Shown here: in pieces, positions 1 through 15,889 of the stretch
Layout: each line of letters opens with the position of its first letter
Position numbering within the stretch: the stretch's first letter is position 1
DNA from: Escherichia coli
GTDB taxonomy: Bacteria; Pseudomonadota; Gammaproteobacteria; Enterobacterales; Enterobacteriaceae
Direction: 5' to 3' (one strand)
NCBI RefSeq assembly: GCF_013315695.1
Contig: NZ_CP054353.1
Length of the DNA: 64,000 nucleotides
Program-made: the position numbers and the translations under genes
The notes under the pieces: generated by a model
Databases searched by the model: none
What the model was told of the DNA's origin: nothing
Seen by the model: the letters and a program-made list of their open reading frames with translations, nothing else

Positions 1-947
<947 letters not shown>

Positions 948-1276
948 TACTTACCCGCAGAAATCATTCTGCGGGTATTAAGTTACTTTCTTATAAATTA
1001 ATACAGATTAATCCTGGTTATTTGCTTTATTTATCACCAGTCATCCGGTATAGTTCTTCATAATCTCTTCAAAATCATCGTGTTGTAATATTCTCTCATT
1101 ACTCTCCATCAAATTTTCTTTTTTTCTCCATAATTGGCGAAAAAGTGTTTTTTACACTTTCATTGTTTTACCGTTGCTCTGATTAATTGACGCTAAAGTC
1201 AGTAAAGTTAATCTCGTCAACACGGCACGCTACTTAAGAAAGCCGTAATAAATAACTGAAAGGAAGGATATAGAAT

Positions 1277-1762
1277 ATGCGTAAATTAACTGCACTGTTT
1301 GTTGCCTCTACCCTGGCTCTTGGCGCGGCTAACCTGGCCCATGCCGCAGACACCACTACCTCAGCACCGGCTGACGCGAAGCCGATGATGCACCACAAAG
1401 GCAAGTTCGGTCCGCATCAGGACATGATGTTCAAAGACCTGAACCTGACCGACGCGCAGAAACAGCAGATCCGCGAAATCATGAAAGGCCAGCGTGACCA
1501 GATGAAACGTCCGCCGCTGGAAGAACGCCGCGCAATGCATGACATCATTGCCAGCGATACCTTCGATAAAGCAAAAGCTGAAGCGCAGATCGCAAAAATG
1601 GAAGAACAGCGCAAAGCTAACATGCTGGCGCACATGGAAACCCAGAACAAGATTTACAACATCCTGACGCCGGAACAGAAAAAGCAATTTAATGCTAATT
1701 TTGAGAAGCGTCTGACAGAACGTCCAGCGGCAAAAGGTAAAATGCCTGCAACTGCTGAATAA
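1277..1762 (+). CDS. spy: Periplasmic chaperone Spy
   Basis: 161-aa ORF with signal peptide and the helical Spy/CpxP-like sequence (MRKLTALFVAS...LTDAQKQQIREIM...); position between astE and ves. Confidence 0.95.
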   Translation: MRKLTALFVASTLALGAANLAHAADTTTSAPADAKPMMHHKGKFGPHQDMMFKDLNLTDAQKQQIREIMKGQRDQMKRPPLEERRAMHDIIASDTFDKAKAEAQIAKMEEQRKANMLAHMETQNKIYNILTPEQKKQFNANFEKRLTERPAAKGKMPATAE

Positions 1763-1784
1763 TCTTTCAGCCAAAAAACGTAAG

Positions 1785-1850
1785 ACCGCCGGTCTTGTCC
1801 ACTACCTTGCAGTAATGCGGTGGACAGGATCGGCGGTTTTCTTTTCTCTT
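1785..1850 (+). terminator. Intrinsic terminator after spy
   Basis: Long GC-rich inverted repeat (ccgccggtcttgtccac / gtggacaggatcggcgg) followed by ttttcttttc. Confidence 0.5.
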
Positions 1851-1886
1851 CTCAAACAGATGCAAAAAAAGCCTGATCGCCACTAA

Positions 1887-3387
<1,501 letters not shown>

Positions 3388-3616
3388 TGTTGACTCCGAG
3401 TGCTGGTTATCTATCCAGTGTAACAGGCGGGGAGCGATTAAAAAAGAGGCGGGTTGATGACAAAGGTTACACCGTCAGACGTGCTACGCCTGTCAGGCCT
3501 ATTCGACTCATGCAATATATTGAATTTGCATAGTTTTGTGGGGCGAATAAGGCGTTCACGCCGCATCCGGCGTGAACAAAGTACTCTTTTTCGCACAAAC
3601 CAATATGTGCAAATTA

Positions 3617-4444
3617 TTACTTCTTCCAGAAATCATCGAAAACGGTAATTGGCGGACGGCGTTTATGTTCAGTTTTCAGATACCAGTTCTCTATTGTTCT
3701 GGCGACCTGTTCAGGTACGTTTTTCCCTTCCAGATAGTCGTCGATATTGTCATAGGTCACGCCGAGTGCCACTTCATCTGGTAGAGAAGGGCGATCATCT
3801 TCCAGATCGGCCGTTGGCGCTTTCTTATAAAGGTGTTCCGGGCAACCTAATGCCGCCAGTAACTGTTTACCCTGACGTTTGTTAAGACGATACAGTGGAT
3901 TAATGTCCGTACCGCCGTCACCATATTTAGTGAAGAATCCGGTAATGGCTTCTGCTGCATGATCGGTGCCCACCACGACACCGCTGGTCATACCCGCAAT
4001 GCTATATTGTGCTTTCATCCGCTCACGCGCTTTTTCATTGCCACGGACAAAATCGCTCAGTTCAATGCCTGCTTCCCGCAATGCCTGCTCGCTGGCCAAT
4101 ACCGCGCCCTTGATATTAACGGTTAATACGCGATCCGGTTGAATAAAGGCAATGGCATCCTGGCAATCTTGTTCGTCAGCCTGAACACCATAGGGCAGGC
4201 GTACGGCAATAAATTGCAGTGATTCGTTGCCAGTTTCCTGGCGCAGCTCATTAATCGCCATCTGGCACAGCTTTCCGGCAAGCGTGGAGTCCTGACCGCC
4301 GCTGATCCCGAGCACCAGTGATTTAATGAACGGATAAGTTTGCAGGTAGCTTTTCAGAAAATCGACACTACGACGAATTTCCTCTTCAGCATTAATCTGC
4401 GGTTTTGCGCCCAGCGCCTTTATTATTTGTTGTTGCAATGTCAT
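3617..4444 (-). CDS. nadE: NH3-dependent NAD+ synthetase
   Basis: 275-aa ORF with the SGGQDS PP-loop motif ([15 protein letters not shown]). Confidence 0.95.
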
Positions 4445-4645
4445 TGAACCCCTCCAGACAGAAAAGACAAAACTTCCTTAAAGCTAACCCGTTGCTACTG
4501 AAACGACAAGCGACAGCGGGCTGAATGGTGGTTAAAACGTCATACAGGAATCCTCTGAAAGCGGAGCCGTTTCGTTCACGGGCTTGAAAAAGCGCCCAAT
4601 GTATTCCAGGCTTATCTAACACGCTGATAAACAAGAGGACGGAAT

Positions 4646-4984
4646 ATGAACAAGAATATGGCAGGAATTCTGAGTGCAGCGGCGGTATTAACCATGCTGG
4701 CGGGTTGTACGGCTTATGATCGTACCAAAGACCAGTTTGTACAGCCTGTGGTGAAAGACGTCAAAAAAGGCATGAGCCGGGCGCAGGTTGCACAAATTGC
4801 GGGTAAACCTTCGTCTGAAGTGAGCATGATTCATGCTCGTGGTACTTGCCAGACCTACATCCTGGGTCAACGTGATGGTAAAGCAGAAACCTACTTTGTC
4901 GCGTTAGATGATACCGGACATGTCATCAACTCCGGTTATCAGACCTGTGCTGAATACGACACTGATCCACAGGCTGCGAAGTAA
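4646..4984 (+). CDS. osmE: Osmotically inducible lipoprotein OsmE
   Basis: 112-aa ORF with a lipoprotein signal peptide and lipobox (LTMLAGC). Confidence 0.9.
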
Positions 4985-5016
4985 TCACTTCGCCTGAAAG
5001 CTTGAGTTACAACGGA

Positions 5017-5042
5017 AACCGGCCATTGCGCCGGTTTTTTTT
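5017..5042 (+). terminator. Intrinsic terminator after osmE
   Basis: Hairpin accggccattgcgccggt followed by a T-run. Confidence 0.55.
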
Positions 5043-5282
5043 GGCCTGAGTTCTTAATTATCTTCGCGAATTATTTGCCCGAAATGTGAAGAGGGTCATA
5101 ACCGCAGGTCAAGGAGAGACAATTTATAAGGTCAAAGAAATACTATTGCTCAGGTCTATACCGTATACTCCTTTCAGCCACAAAAAAAGTCATGTTGGTT
5201 TCGCAAGTTACCCAGAGCATGGAAGCAGGTTAAGGCTTGCGGAGTGTCTGGCTTACAGATAATCGTCGATGAGGGCAGTTTT

Positions 5283-5603
5283 ATGGAAAAGAAACACATT
5301 TATCTGTTTTGTTCTGCGGGCATGTCTACCTCTTTACTGGTATCAAAAATGCGCGCACAGGCAGAAAAATATGAAGTTCCGGTCATTATTGAAGCATTTC
5401 CGGAAACACTGGCTGGTGAAAAAGGTCAGAATGCCGATGTCGTGTTATTAGGGCCGCAGATTGCTTATATGTTGCCCGAAATCCAGCGTTTGTTACCCAA
5501 CAAACCGGTCGAAGTAATTGACTCGCTGCTTTATGGCAAAGTCGATGGTTTAGGCGTGCTTAAGGCTGCGGTTGCAGCGATTAAAAAAGCCGCAGCAAAT
5601 TAA
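5283..5603 (+). CDS. chbB: PTS chitobiose-specific EIIB component
   Basis: Translation from ATG 5283 ([20 protein letters not shown]...), 106 aa with the EIIB Cys-containing N-terminus; first gene of the chb operon. Confidence 0.9.
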   Translation: MEKKHIYLFCSAGMSTSLLVSKMRAQAEKYEVPVIIEAFPETLAGEKGQNADVVLLGPQIAYMLPEIQRLLPNKPVEVIDSLLYGKVDGLGVLKAAVAAIKKAAAN

Positions 5604-5687
5604 TTTATTTTAAATTTTCCCGTCAAAGAGTTATTTCATAAATCAATACCGCAATATTTAAATTGCGGTTTTTAAGGGTATTTTTCT
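5604..5687 (+). promoter_or_regulatory. chbB-chbC intergenic region, site of the ChiX sRNA decoy pairing
   Basis: Position only. In E. coli and Salmonella the chbBC intergenic RNA pairs with and destabilises ChiX (established knowledge); I did not verify the pairing sequence. Confidence 0.4.
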
Positions 5688-7046
5688 ATGAGTAATGTTA
5701 TTGCATCGCTTGAAAAGGTACTCCTCCCTTTTGCAGTTAAAATAGGAAAGCAGCCACACGTTAATGCAATCAAAAATGGCTTTATTCGCTTAATGCCGTT
5801 AACCCTTGCGGGGGCCATGTTTGTATTAATTAACAACGTTTTTCTAAGCTTTGGGGAGGGGTCGTTTTTTTATTCCTTAGGTATTCGCCTGGATGCCTCA
5901 ACCATTGAAACACTTAATGGTCTGAAAGGTATTGGCGGTAACGTATATAACGGAACATTAGGGATAATGTCTTTAATGGCACCGTTCTTTATTGGCATGG
6001 CGCTGGCAGAAGAGCGTAAAGTCGATGCGCTGGCGGCCGGGTTGTTATCCGTTGCAGCATTTATGACCGTCACCCCATATAGTGTCGGTGAGGCCTATGC
6101 GGTTGGCGCAAACTGGTTAGGTGGGGCGAATATCATCTCCGGGATTATTATTGGCCTGGTGGTGGCAGAAATGTTTACCTTTATTGTCCGCCGCAATTGG
6201 GTCATTAAATTGCCCGATAGCGTACCTGCTTCAGTATCGCGTTCCTTCTCGGCTTTAATTCCCGGCTTTATTATTCTTTCCGTGATGGGGATTATTGCCT
6301 GGGCGTTGAATACCTGGGGCACCAACTTCCATCAGATCATCATGGATACCATCTCAACCCCACTGGCATCGTTGGGTAGCGTGGTGGGCTGGGCCTATGT
6401 GATCTTTGTTCCACTGCTCTGGTTCTTCGGTATTCATGGCGCGCTGGCGCTGACCGCACTGGACAACGGCATTATGACGCCGTGGGCGCTGGAAAATATC
6501 GCGACCTATCAGCAATATGGTTCCGTCGAAGCGGCGCTGGCAGCCGGTAAGACCTTCCATATCTGGGCCAAGCCGATGCTGGACTCCTTTATTTTCCTCG
6601 GTGGCAGTGGTGCGACTTTGGGTCTGATCCTGGCTATCTTTATCGCCTCTCGCCGTGCTGATTATCGTCAGGTGGCAAAACTGGCGCTGCCGTCCGGCAT
6701 CTTCCAGATTAACGAACCGATTCTGTTTGGTCTGCCAATTATCATGAACCCGGTGATGTTTATCCCGTTTGTACTGGTACAACCGATTCTGGCGGCAATC
6801 ACCCTGGCAGCGTACTACATGGGCATTATTCCTCCGGTGACCAATATTGCACCGTGGACCATGCCAACCGGTCTGGGAGCCTTCTTTAACACCAACGGTA
6901 GCGTCGCCGCATTGCTGGTCGCACTCTTCAACCTTGGTATCGCAACGTTAATTTATCTGCCCTTTGTTGTGGTCGCTAACAAAGCACAAAACGCGATTGA
7001 TAAAGAAGAGAGCGAAGAAGATATCGCTAACGCCCTGAAATTTTAA
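5688..7046 (+). CDS. chbC: PTS chitobiose-specific EIIC permease
   Basis: 452-aa polytopic membrane protein within the chb operon. Confidence 0.95.
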
Positions 7047-7096
7047 TCGATGCCGGTACGGGTAATCGTGCCGGTAAGAAAAGAGAGGAACGATGT

Positions 7097-7447
7097 ATGA
7101 TGGATCTCGATAACATTCCCGATACGCAAACAGAAGCTGAAGAGCTGGAAGAAGTGGTGATGGGGCTTATCATCAACTCCGGGCAAGCGCGCAGCCTGGC
7201 GTATGCGGCACTGAAACAGGCGAAGCAGGGCGATTTTGCCGCAGCAAAAGCCATGATGGATCAGTCACGGATGGCATTGAATGAAGCGCATCTGGTACAG
7301 ACGAAACTGATTGAAGGCGATGCGGGCGAAGGTAAGATGAAAGTGAGTCTGGTGCTGGTCCACGCTCAGGATCATTTAATGACGTCCATGCTTGCGCGTG
7401 AACTGATTACTGAATTAATTGAGCTTCATGAAAAACTGAAGGCATAA
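7097..7447 (+). CDS. chbA: PTS chitobiose-specific EIIA component
   Basis: 116-aa helical EIIA-lactose/cellobiose-family protein within the chb operon. Confidence 0.9.
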   Translation: MMDLDNIPDTQTEAEELEEVVMGLIINSGQARSLAYAALKQAKQGDFAAAKAMMDQSRMALNEAHLVQTKLIEGDAGEGKMKVSLVLVHAQDHLMTSMLARELITELIELHEKLKA

Positions 7448-7454
7448 GGAGTCG

Positions 7455-8297
7455 ATGATGCAGCCAGTGATTAACGCGCCGGAAATTGCCACTGCCCGAG
7501 AACAGCAGTTGTTTAATGGCAAAAACTTCCATGTGTTTATCTACAACAAAACTGAGAGTATCAGCGGACTGCATCAGCACGACTATTATGAATTTACTCT
7601 GGTATTGACCGGGCGTTATTTCCAGGAGATTAACGGTAAGCGCGTGTTACTGGAACGGGGCGATTTTGTTTTTATTCCGTTAGGTTCGCACCATCAAAGT
7701 TTTTATGAGTTTGGTGCCACGCGCATATTGAACGTTGGGATCAGTAAACGCTTTTTTGAGCAGCATTACCTGCCGTTGTTGCCTTATTGCTTTGTAGCTT
7801 CGCAGGTATACCGGACCAATAACGCTTTTCTCACCTATGTGGAAACAGTGATTTCTTCATTGAATTTCCGCGAAACAGGGCTGGAAGAGTTTGTTGAGAT
7901 GGTTACTTTTTATGTCATTAACCGTTTACGTCATTACCGCGAAGAACAGGTGATTGATGATGTACCGCAGTGGCTGAAAAGTACGGTAGAAAAGATGCAT
8001 GATAAAGAGCAGTTTAGTGAATCGGCACTGGAGAATATGGTGACGTTGTCAGCCAAATCACAGGAATATTTGACGCGAGCGACTCAACGATATTATGGCA
8101 AAACGCCAATGCAGATTATTAATGAAATCCGTATTAATTTTGCCAAAAAACAACTGGAAATGACCAACTATTCAGTGACGGATATTGCGTTTGAGGCCGG
8201 TTATAGTAGCCCGAGTTTGTTTATTAAAACGTTTAAGAAATTAACGTCCTTTACGCCTAAGAGCTATCGTAAGAAATTGACTGAATTTAATCAGTAA
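7455..8297 (+). CDS. chbR: AraC-family dual regulator of the chb operon
   Basis: 280-aa ORF with a C-terminal AraC-type HTH ([22 protein letters not shown]). Confidence 0.9.
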   Translation: MMQPVINAPEIATAREQQLFNGKNFHVFIYNKTESISGLHQHDYYEFTLVLTGRYFQEINGKRVLLERGDFVFIPLGSHHQSFYEFGATRILNVGISKRFFEQHYLPLLPYCFVASQVYRTNNAFLTYVETVISSLNFRETGLEEFVEMVTFYVINRLRHYREEQVIDDVPQWLKSTVEKMHDKEQFSESALENMVTLSAKSQEYLTRATQRYYGKTPMQIINEIRINFAKKQLEMTNYSVTDIAFEAGYSSPSLFIKTFKKLTSFTPKSYRKKLTEFNQ

Positions 8298-8401
8298 GTC
8301 GTTATACCTGACAATTCACATATCTGTCCTGTTGCTGGATTATTTATGTCCGGGGGGGCAGATATGCCAGATATCAGTATTCTGTACTGAAGGGAGAAAT
8401 T

Positions 8402-9754
8402 ATGAGCCAGAAATTAAAAGTCGTCACTATTGGTGGCGGGAGCAGCTATACCCCGGAGTTACTGGAAGGATTTATTAAGCGTTATCACGAATTGCCGGTC
8501 AGCGAATTATGGCTGGTGGATGTCGAAGATGGTAAAGAGAAACTGGATATTATTTTTGATCTCTGCCAACGGATGATTGATAACGCTGGCGTCCCGATGA
8601 AGCTTTATAAAACGCTGGATCGCCGCGAAGCATTGAAAGATGCTGATTTCGTTACTACCCAACTGCGCGTAGGCCAATTACCGGCGCGCGAACTGGATGA
8701 ACGTATTCCATTAAGTCATGGTTATCTTGGTCAGGAAACTAACGGCGCGGGCGGTCTGTTTAAAGGTCTGCGTACCATTCCGGTGATTTTTGACATCGTA
8801 AAAGATGTCGAAGAACTTTGTCCGAATGCATGGGTGATTAACTTCACTAACCCGGCGGGAATGGTCACTGAAGCCGTTTATCGTCATACCGGATTTAAAC
8901 GCTTTATCGGCGTGTGTAATATTCCGATCGGCATGAAGATGTTTATTCGCGATGTTCTGATGCTGAAAGACAGCGATGATTTATCTATCGATCTGTTCGG
9001 CCTCAACCATATGGTGTTCATTAAAGATGTGCTGGTAAATGGCAAATCACGCTTTGCCGAATTGCTTGATGGTGTGGCATCCGGGCAGTTAAAAGCATCT
9101 GGCGTTAAAAATATTTTCGATCTGCCATTTAGCGAAGGCTTAATTCGTTCTCTGAATCTGTTGCCGTGTTCTTATTTGCTTTATTACTTCAAGCAAAAAG
9201 AGATGCTGGCTATTGAAATGGGCGAATACTACAAAGGCGGCGCACGAGCGCAGGTAGTACAGAAAGTCGAGAAACAACTTTTTGAGCTGTATAAAAACCC
9301 GGAGTTGAAAGTTAAGCCGAAAGAACTGGAACAGCGCGGTGGGGCTTATTACTCTGATGCTGCGTGCGAAGTGATCAACGCTATCTACAACGACAAGCAA
9401 GCTGAACATTACGTTAATATCCCGCATCATGGGCATATTGATAATATTCCGGCAGACTGGGCGGTAGAAATGACCTGTACGCTGGGGCGCGATGGCGCGA
9501 CGCCACATCCGCGCATTACGCATTTCGATGATAAAGTGATGGGGCTGATTCACACCATTAAAGGCTTCGAGATTGCTGCCAGCAACGCCGCACTTAGCGG
9601 AGAGTTTAACGATGTGTTACTGGCCCTAAACCTTAGTCCGTTGGTGCATTCCGATCGCGATGCTGAGCTGCTGGCACGCGAGATGATTCTGGCGCACGAG
9701 AAATGGTTGCCAAATTTTGCCGACTGCATCGCAGAGCTTAAAAAAGCACATTAA
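8402..9754 (+). CDS. chbF: 6-phospho-beta-glucosidase (GH4, NAD/Mn-dependent)
   Basis: 450-aa ORF with a GH4 N-terminal Rossmann motif (KVVTIGGGSSYTPEL). Confidence 0.95.
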   Translation: MSQKLKVVTIGGGSSYTPELLEGFIKRYHELPVSELWLVDVEDGKEKLDIIFDLCQRMIDNAGVPMKLYKTLDRREALKDADFVTTQLRVGQLPARELDERIPLSHGYLGQETNGAGGLFKGLRTIPVIFDIVKDVEELCPNAWVINFTNPAGMVTEAVYRHTGFKRFIGVCNIPIGMKMFIRDVLMLKDSDDLSIDLFGLNHMVFIKDVLVNGKSRFAELLDGVASGQLKASGVKNIFDLPFSEGLIRSLNLLPCSYLLYYFKQKEMLAIEMGEYYKGGARAQVVQKVEKQLFELYKNPELKVKPKELEQRGGAYYSDAACEVINAIYNDKQAEHYVNIPHHGHIDNIPADWAVEMTCTLGRDGATPHPRITHFDDKVMGLIHTIKGFEIAASNAALSGEFNDVLLALNLSPLVHSDRDAELLAREMILAHEKWLPNFADCIAELKKAH

Positions 9755-10516
<762 letters not shown>

Positions 10517-10562
10517 GTAAGGTGGTAAGGTCACTCCCCAGGGGGCGTGACCTTATCCATAT

Positions 10563-12824
10563 TTACGCCGGAATTTTGTCAATCTTAGGAATGCGTGACC
10601 ACACGCGGTGTGCTGCCATCAGCGTTAACAGTTCATCCATAAAACTACCATCGGCGCTGTCAGCTTCCACAATCCCTTCTTCACCCTGATCAGCGACCTT
10701 GATTCTTACTTTAAACTTGCGCGCGTCTCCTGCCAGCGCAATCGGTTTAAGGTGTTTGTAGGCTTCCATCAGGTAGTAGTTGGCATCGCCGTTGTCAGCG
10801 ATATCCGCGATATTGCCGCAAGGGACAATAACCGCATCGACCGTCAGCGAAGGCGCTCCGGCAAATGTAGCGGCTATAGGCAGCACCGTACCGTCATCCG
10901 CAGTCACTTCACCCATTCGGGAGTAGAGCAGTTTGGCATGAACGCCTTTGGCCTTCAGCGCCTTGAGAATGGCCAGAAGGTCTGCCGATCTCACTTCATC
11001 ATTAAGTAAAATCGCTACCACGCGACCTTTCACATCACCGTCAGGAATGGCGTACAAACTTAAGGATGGATCCTTTTTCAGACCGTTGACGTCCGGAGGC
11101 GGGGTGATATTCAGCTGGTCGTCCGTCAGCTCGATACCGAGATTTTTCGCCACCGCCTGGGCCAGAGTGAGATCAATATGTGCCAGCTGGTCAACAACGC
11201 GCTCACGAATATACGGACGAACTACTTTGCTTAACTCAAAACTGAAACCATCGACAATATGGCGCTGCTCGAATGGCGTCTGACTTAGCCAGAACAGACG
11301 CGGATGGGAATAATATTCGCCAAACGATGGGCTGCGCTCGCGAACTTTATTGCCTTCCACGCGCTCCTGGTATGATTCAAAACCGCCGCGTTTCGGCCCC
11401 GGCGGTGTTTCGCGCGGCCAGTTATCGTTGATCGAGTTCGGTTCATAATTCGCCGGGTTAGTGTCGATCCCCATACGATGCATGCCGTCACGCTGGAAAT
11501 TATGGTAAGGGCAGGTCGGGCGGTTAATCGGAATCTCATGGAAATTTGGTCCGCCAAGACGACTGATTTGTGTATCGGTATAAGAGAACAAACGCCCCTG
11601 CAACAGCGGATCGTTGGTGAAGTCCAGACCAGGAACAATATGACCTGGATGGAATGCTGCTTGTTCGTTTTCGGCAAAGAAGTTATCCGGATTGCGATTG
11701 AGCACCATTTTGCCGACACGCTGAACGGGCACCAGTTCTTCCGGGATAAGTTTAGTTGGATCAAGAAGGTCGAAGTCGAACTTAAATTCATCTTCCTCAG
11801 GAATCAACTGGAAGCCCAGTTCGTATTCCGGAAAATCGCCGGCTTCAATCGCTTCCCACAACTCGCGGCGGTGGAAGTCCGGGTCACGTCCGGTTAGTTT
11901 TTGTGCTTCATCCCAAACGAGTGAGGCTTTACCTGCCAGTGGTTTCCAGTGGAAACGTACGAACGTTGCCTTCCCTTCGGCATTAATCAGGCGGAAGGTG
12001 TGAATACCGAAGCCTTCCATGGTGCGGTAACTGCGCGGGATACCGCGATCCGACATCGCCCACATCACGTTGTGCAGAGTTTCAGGTTGCAGAGAAACAT
12101 AATCCCAGAAAGTATCGTGGGCGCTTTGCCCTTGTGGAATTGCCCAGTGTGGTTCTGGTTTTACCGCATGCACAAAATCAGGGAATTTATGCGCATCCTG
12201 GATAAAGAAGATTGGCGTGTTATTGCCAACAAGGTCAAAAATACCCTCTTCGGTATAGAACTTGGTGGCAAAGCCACGGATATCACGCACGGTATCGGCA
12301 GAGCCAGCACCACCCTGAACGGTAGAGAAACGTACAAATACTGGGGTGATTTTGTTCGGATCTGAGAGGAAATCCGCTTTGGTAATATCGCTTAAGCTTT
12401 TATATGGCTGGAAATAACCGTGAGCGGCTGATCCGCGTGCATGAACAATACGTTCCGGGATGCGCTCATGGTCAAAGTGGGTGATTTTCTCGCGCAGAAT
12501 AAAATCTTCCAGCAGCGTTGGACCACGGTTACCGGCACGCAGTGAGTTTTGATCGTCGGCGATGCGCACGCCCTGATTAGTGGTCAGCGCATAATTTTCA
12601 CTGCCTTTGCGTACGTCTTCCAGAGAATTAAGTTTTTCGTTACGCGTATCAGGGGCTTTCAGGCTCCCAGGGGCGGTAGGTTGTGCACCTGGCGGTGTTG
12701 GTTCAGCCGCTGGACGATGAGATCCGTCTTCAGGTGCCAGTGAGTCCATCCCCGGTTTCGCTTCGCTGGAATCGTGTAGTGGTGACTGGTGCTGATGTGG
12801 GTTCTTTTCGTTATGTTGCGACAT
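10563..12824 (-). CDS. katE: Catalase HPII
   Basis: 753-aa large-subunit catalase ([20 protein letters not shown]... with catalase core and C-terminal flavodoxin-like domain). Confidence 0.95.
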   Translation of the reverse strand: MSQHNEKNPHQHQSPLHDSSEAKPGMDSLAPEDGSHRPAAEPTPPGAQPTAPGSLKAPDTRNEKLNSLEDVRKGSENYALTTNQGVRIADDQNSLRAGNRGPTLLEDFILREKITHFDHERIPERIVHARGSAAHGYFQPYKSLSDITKADFLSDPNKITPVFVRFSTVQGGAGSADTVRDIRGFATKFYTEEGIFDLVGNNTPIFFIQDAHKFPDFVHAVKPEPHWAIPQGQSAHDTFWDYVSLQPETLHNVMWAMSDRGIPRSYRTMEGFGIHTFRLINAEGKATFVRFHWKPLAGKASLVWDEAQKLTGRDPDFHRRELWEAIEAGDFPEYELGFQLIPEEDEFKFDFDLLDPTKLIPEELVPVQRVGKMVLNRNPDNFFAENEQAAFHPGHIVPGLDFTNDPLLQGRLFSYTDTQISRLGGPNFHEIPINRPTCPYHNFQRDGMHRMGIDTNPANYEPNSINDNWPRETPPGPKRGGFESYQERVEGNKVRERSPSFGEYYSHPRLFWLSQTPFEQRHIVDGFSFELSKVVRPYIRERVVDQLAHIDLTLAQAVAKNLGIELTDDQLNITPPPDVNGLKKDPSLSLYAIPDGDVKGRVVAILLNDEVRSADLLAILKALKAKGVHAKLLYSRMGEVTADDGTVLPIAATFAGAPSLTVDAVIVPCGNIADIADNGDANYYLMEAYKHLKPIALAGDARKFKVRIKVADQGEEGIVEADSADGSFMDELLTLMAAHRVWSRIPKIDKIPA

Positions 12825-13027
12825 TGAACTCGTCTCCTTAAATTATTACTGAAAGGGCCGCTGTTTTGGTCAAAAAACCCTCTAACTATAGACCACCAGT
12901 CAGATCCCGCTTCGGAGACTATTCTGGAAACGGTGTTATGAAATACACGCAAAGCAGGACGTACAGGGGCTAAATCGGCTAAACTACAGTTTTTCTGATT
13001 TTTAATATGCGTTTAGTGAAGCCAGTA

Positions 13028-13270
13028 ATGAAGAAACCGCTCCGTCAGCAAAACCGCCAGATTATTAGCTATGTCCCACGCACGGAACCCGCGCCGCCAG
13101 AACATGCGATAAAGATGGATTCGTTTCGTGATGTCTGGATGCTGCGTGGCAAATATGTTGCGTTTGTACTGATGGGGGAGTCATTTATGCGCTCACCGGC
13201 GTTTACTGTGCCTGAATCCGCCCAGCGTTGGGCAAATCAGATCCGCCAGGAAGGGGAAGTGACTGAGTAA
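13028..13270 (+). CDS. cedA: Cell division modulator CedA
   Basis: 80-aa product from the internal ATG (MKKPLRQQNRQIISYV...); the ORF track begins at an upstream alternative start at 13007. Confidence 0.8.
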   Translation: MKKPLRQQNRQIISYVPRTEPAPPEHAIKMDSFRDVWMLRGKYVAFVLMGESFMRSPAFTVPESAQRWANQIRQEGEVTE

Positions 13271-13546
13271 AGATTACGTACCTCCCGGTTTTGCCGGGAG
13301 TTACATGGCCTGAAATTTTGTATTTCATTGCTACATTCATTCAAACCACCTGTAACAAAAAGCTGCCTTTGACGATCTATTGCTATAAATAAGTGAACTT
13401 TTTTCTTTAATTGTTTATTTATTTTAAAATGGTTAAGTTTTGCTAATCATGATGAGCTATTTTTGATAGTTCATCCTGTGGCGTCGCTCTTAAACTTATA
13501 TTGTAAATGACTTAGATTTAAATGAGATAATAATTTTGTTAACAAT

Positions 13547-14362
13547 ATGAGGCGGGAGATGCTTTCTACAAACTTAATACAGAGTAATTATGGTGATTTA
13601 AATATTAAAAGCCTGGCTTTCGACTCTTTTAAAGAAAGGCTGCAGTCTACTATGACAGCACTCACTTTCTTTATATCAACGGGTCAATGTGACTGCGATG
13701 AAATAGCAGAATCAAACTTTAATTATATGATTGCCTATATGTCTAACATTAACTATGATGCCTCAAAGCCAGGAGCGCCAGCACTTAGTTTTGATACATA
13801 TCTGCAGGACAATGTTAAATATAGAGTAATAATTAATAATCTTTATGGTAGTGAAATTCGGATAAGGGGTATAAATAAGGATTTTATTGGAATGGATGTC
13901 ACTTCTGTATTTCGCCCAGAAAAAATGACCAATTTGATCAATATAAAAAACAGGTTGGTTATTCACTATTTAAGGACTATATACTATGAACAAAATTATA
14001 TACATCCTGTCGGGAGCATTTTTGCTGCGATTCAAAAAAATGAGAGTCTCCTAAAGTTTCCTTCGATAATATCAATGCTTAATATCAGTCTTCTTTTTAA
14101 TCCACTAAATCTTCCGCGAATGGGAAATGGTGTGCTTGAAGATATTATGAGTATTCCAGATAGTTCACTTAGAAAACGTCTCGGGTATGAGGTTTTAAGC
14201 TTCTCGCTACAGGCACATTCATTGAGCCAGGAATGTATTGATAAGTTGGCCATTTTTTTCGCTGACGATCTGTTTCAATATGAGTCAGTATGCATCGCCG
14301 CGATGGAACATTTAAAAAGTAAGGCAACGGCTCCTATACAAAACGGACCGTTGCCAGCATAA
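13547..14362 (+). CDS. ydjO: Uncharacterised protein YdjO
   Basis: 271-aa low-GC ORF at the ydjO position between cedA and ydjN. Confidence 0.7.
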   Translation: MRREMLSTNLIQSNYGDLNIKSLAFDSFKERLQSTMTALTFFISTGQCDCDEIAESNFNYMIAYMSNINYDASKPGAPALSFDTYLQDNVKYRVIINNLYGSEIRIRGINKDFIGMDVTSVFRPEKMTNLINIKNRLVIHYLRTIYYEQNYIHPVGSIFAAIQKNESLLKFPSIISMLNISLLFNPLNLPRMGNGVLEDIMSIPDSSLRKRLGYEVLSFSLQAHSLSQECIDKLAIFFADDLFQYESVCIAAMEHLKSKATAPIQNGPLPA

Positions 14363-14365
14363 GAA

Positions 14366-15757
14366 TTAACGGTGTGCCAGTTCGGCGTCGTCTTCGCTAT
14401 CCAGAATGGCTTTATCGGTTTGCTTCAGCCACTGGCTGGTCAGCGTGCCAGCGGTCATCGAGCCACTAACGTTTAGCGCCGTACGCCCCATGTCGATAAG
14501 CGGTTCAACGGAGATTAACAATGCCACCAGCGTTACAGGCAGGCCCATCGCAGGCAGCACAATCAGTGCGGCGAAAGTTGCACCACCACCGACACCGGCA
14601 ACGCCTGCGGAACTAACGGTAACAATACCGACCAGCGTCGCAATCCACATCGGGTCCATCGGGTTAATGCCAACCGTAGGCGCAACCATCACCGCCAGCA
14701 TCGCCGGATACAAACCGGCACAGCCGTTCTGACCAATGGTTGCACCGAAAGAGGCGGCGAAACTGGCGATGGATTCAGGAACGCCCAGACGACGCGTTTG
14801 TGCTTCCACATTCAGTGGGATAGACGCAGCACTGGAACGGCTGGTAAAAGCAAACGTCAGAACTGGCCATACCTTACGGAAGTATTTCAGCGGGCTCACG
14901 CCATTAATGCCCAGCAGAAGGCCATGCACTGCAAACATAATCAGCAGACCGAGGTAGGACGCGACAACGAAACTTCCCAGTTTGATGATGTCTTGCAGGT
15001 TAGAACCTGCAACCACTTTGGTCATCAGCGCCAGAACGCCGTAAGGGGTCAGCTGCATGACCAGGCGAACCAGTTTCATCACCCAGCTTTGCAGGGTATC
15101 GATAGCGGTTAAGACGCGTTCACCTTTCGGCGCATCATCCTTCAGCAGCTTGAGCGCAGCTACGCCGAGGAATGCGGCAAAAATTACCACGCTGATAATT
15201 GACGTCGGATTGGCTCCGGTCAAATCGGCAAACGGGTTTTTCGGGATAAAGGACAAGACCAGCTGCGGAACGCTCAGGTCAGAGACTTTACCAACATAGT
15301 TACTTTCAATGGCGTTCAGACGTGCAGTTTCTGCACCACCCTGAACCAGACCTTCAGCCGTCAAACCAAACAGGTTGGTGACCAGCACACCGACCAGCGC
15401 CGCAATCAGCGTGGTAAACAAAAGCGTACCGATGGTCAGAAAACTAATTTTGCCTAACTGAGATGCGTTATGCAGACGGGCAACCGCGCTCAGAATAGAG
15501 GCGAAGACTAACGGCATAACGATCATTTGCAGCAGTTGAACATAGCCGTTACCAACAATGTTAAACCACTGTACAGAATCTTTAAGTACCTGGCTGTCAG
15601 AACCATAAATGGTATGCAGGGCGAGGCCAAAAACCACACCCATCACCAGACCCACCAGCACTTTTTTCGCCAGACTCCACTGTTTATGGCGGGTCTGAGC
15701 CAGCGCAAACAGCAGTACAACGAACACCACGATGTTCGCAATTAATGGAAAGTTCAT
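14366..15757 (-). CDS. tcyP: L-cystine transporter (sodium:dicarboxylate symporter family)
   Basis: 463-aa polytopic membrane protein ([22 protein letters not shown]...); the K-12 ydjN/tcyP position. Confidence 0.9.
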   Translation of the reverse strand: MNFPLIANIVVFVVLLFALAQTRHKQWSLAKKVLVGLVMGVVFGLALHTIYGSDSQVLKDSVQWFNIVGNGYVQLLQMIVMPLVFASILSAVARLHNASQLGKISFLTIGTLLFTTLIAALVGVLVTNLFGLTAEGLVQGGAETARLNAIESNYVGKVSDLSVPQLVLSFIPKNPFADLTGANPTSIISVVIFAAFLGVAALKLLKDDAPKGERVLTAIDTLQSWVMKLVRLVMQLTPYGVLALMTKVVAGSNLQDIIKLGSFVVASYLGLLIMFAVHGLLLGINGVSPLKYFRKVWPVLTFAFTSRSSAASIPLNVEAQTRRLGVPESIASFAASFGATIGQNGCAGLYPAMLAVMVAPTVGINPMDPMWIATLVGIVTVSSAGVAGVGGGATFAALIVLPAMGLPVTLVALLISVEPLIDMGRTALNVSGSMTAGTLTSQWLKQTDKAILDSEDDAELAHR

Positions 15758-15889
15758 CCCCGTTCTCCTGATCTTATTATTTCTATCACTGCGTAGCAGT
15801 CATAGTGTTGGCGCAAGATTAACAGAACTGTGAGCTGGCTCTTATATTCAAATGGAATTGCTTATTCCAGAAAGGTGATTTTTGCCTTT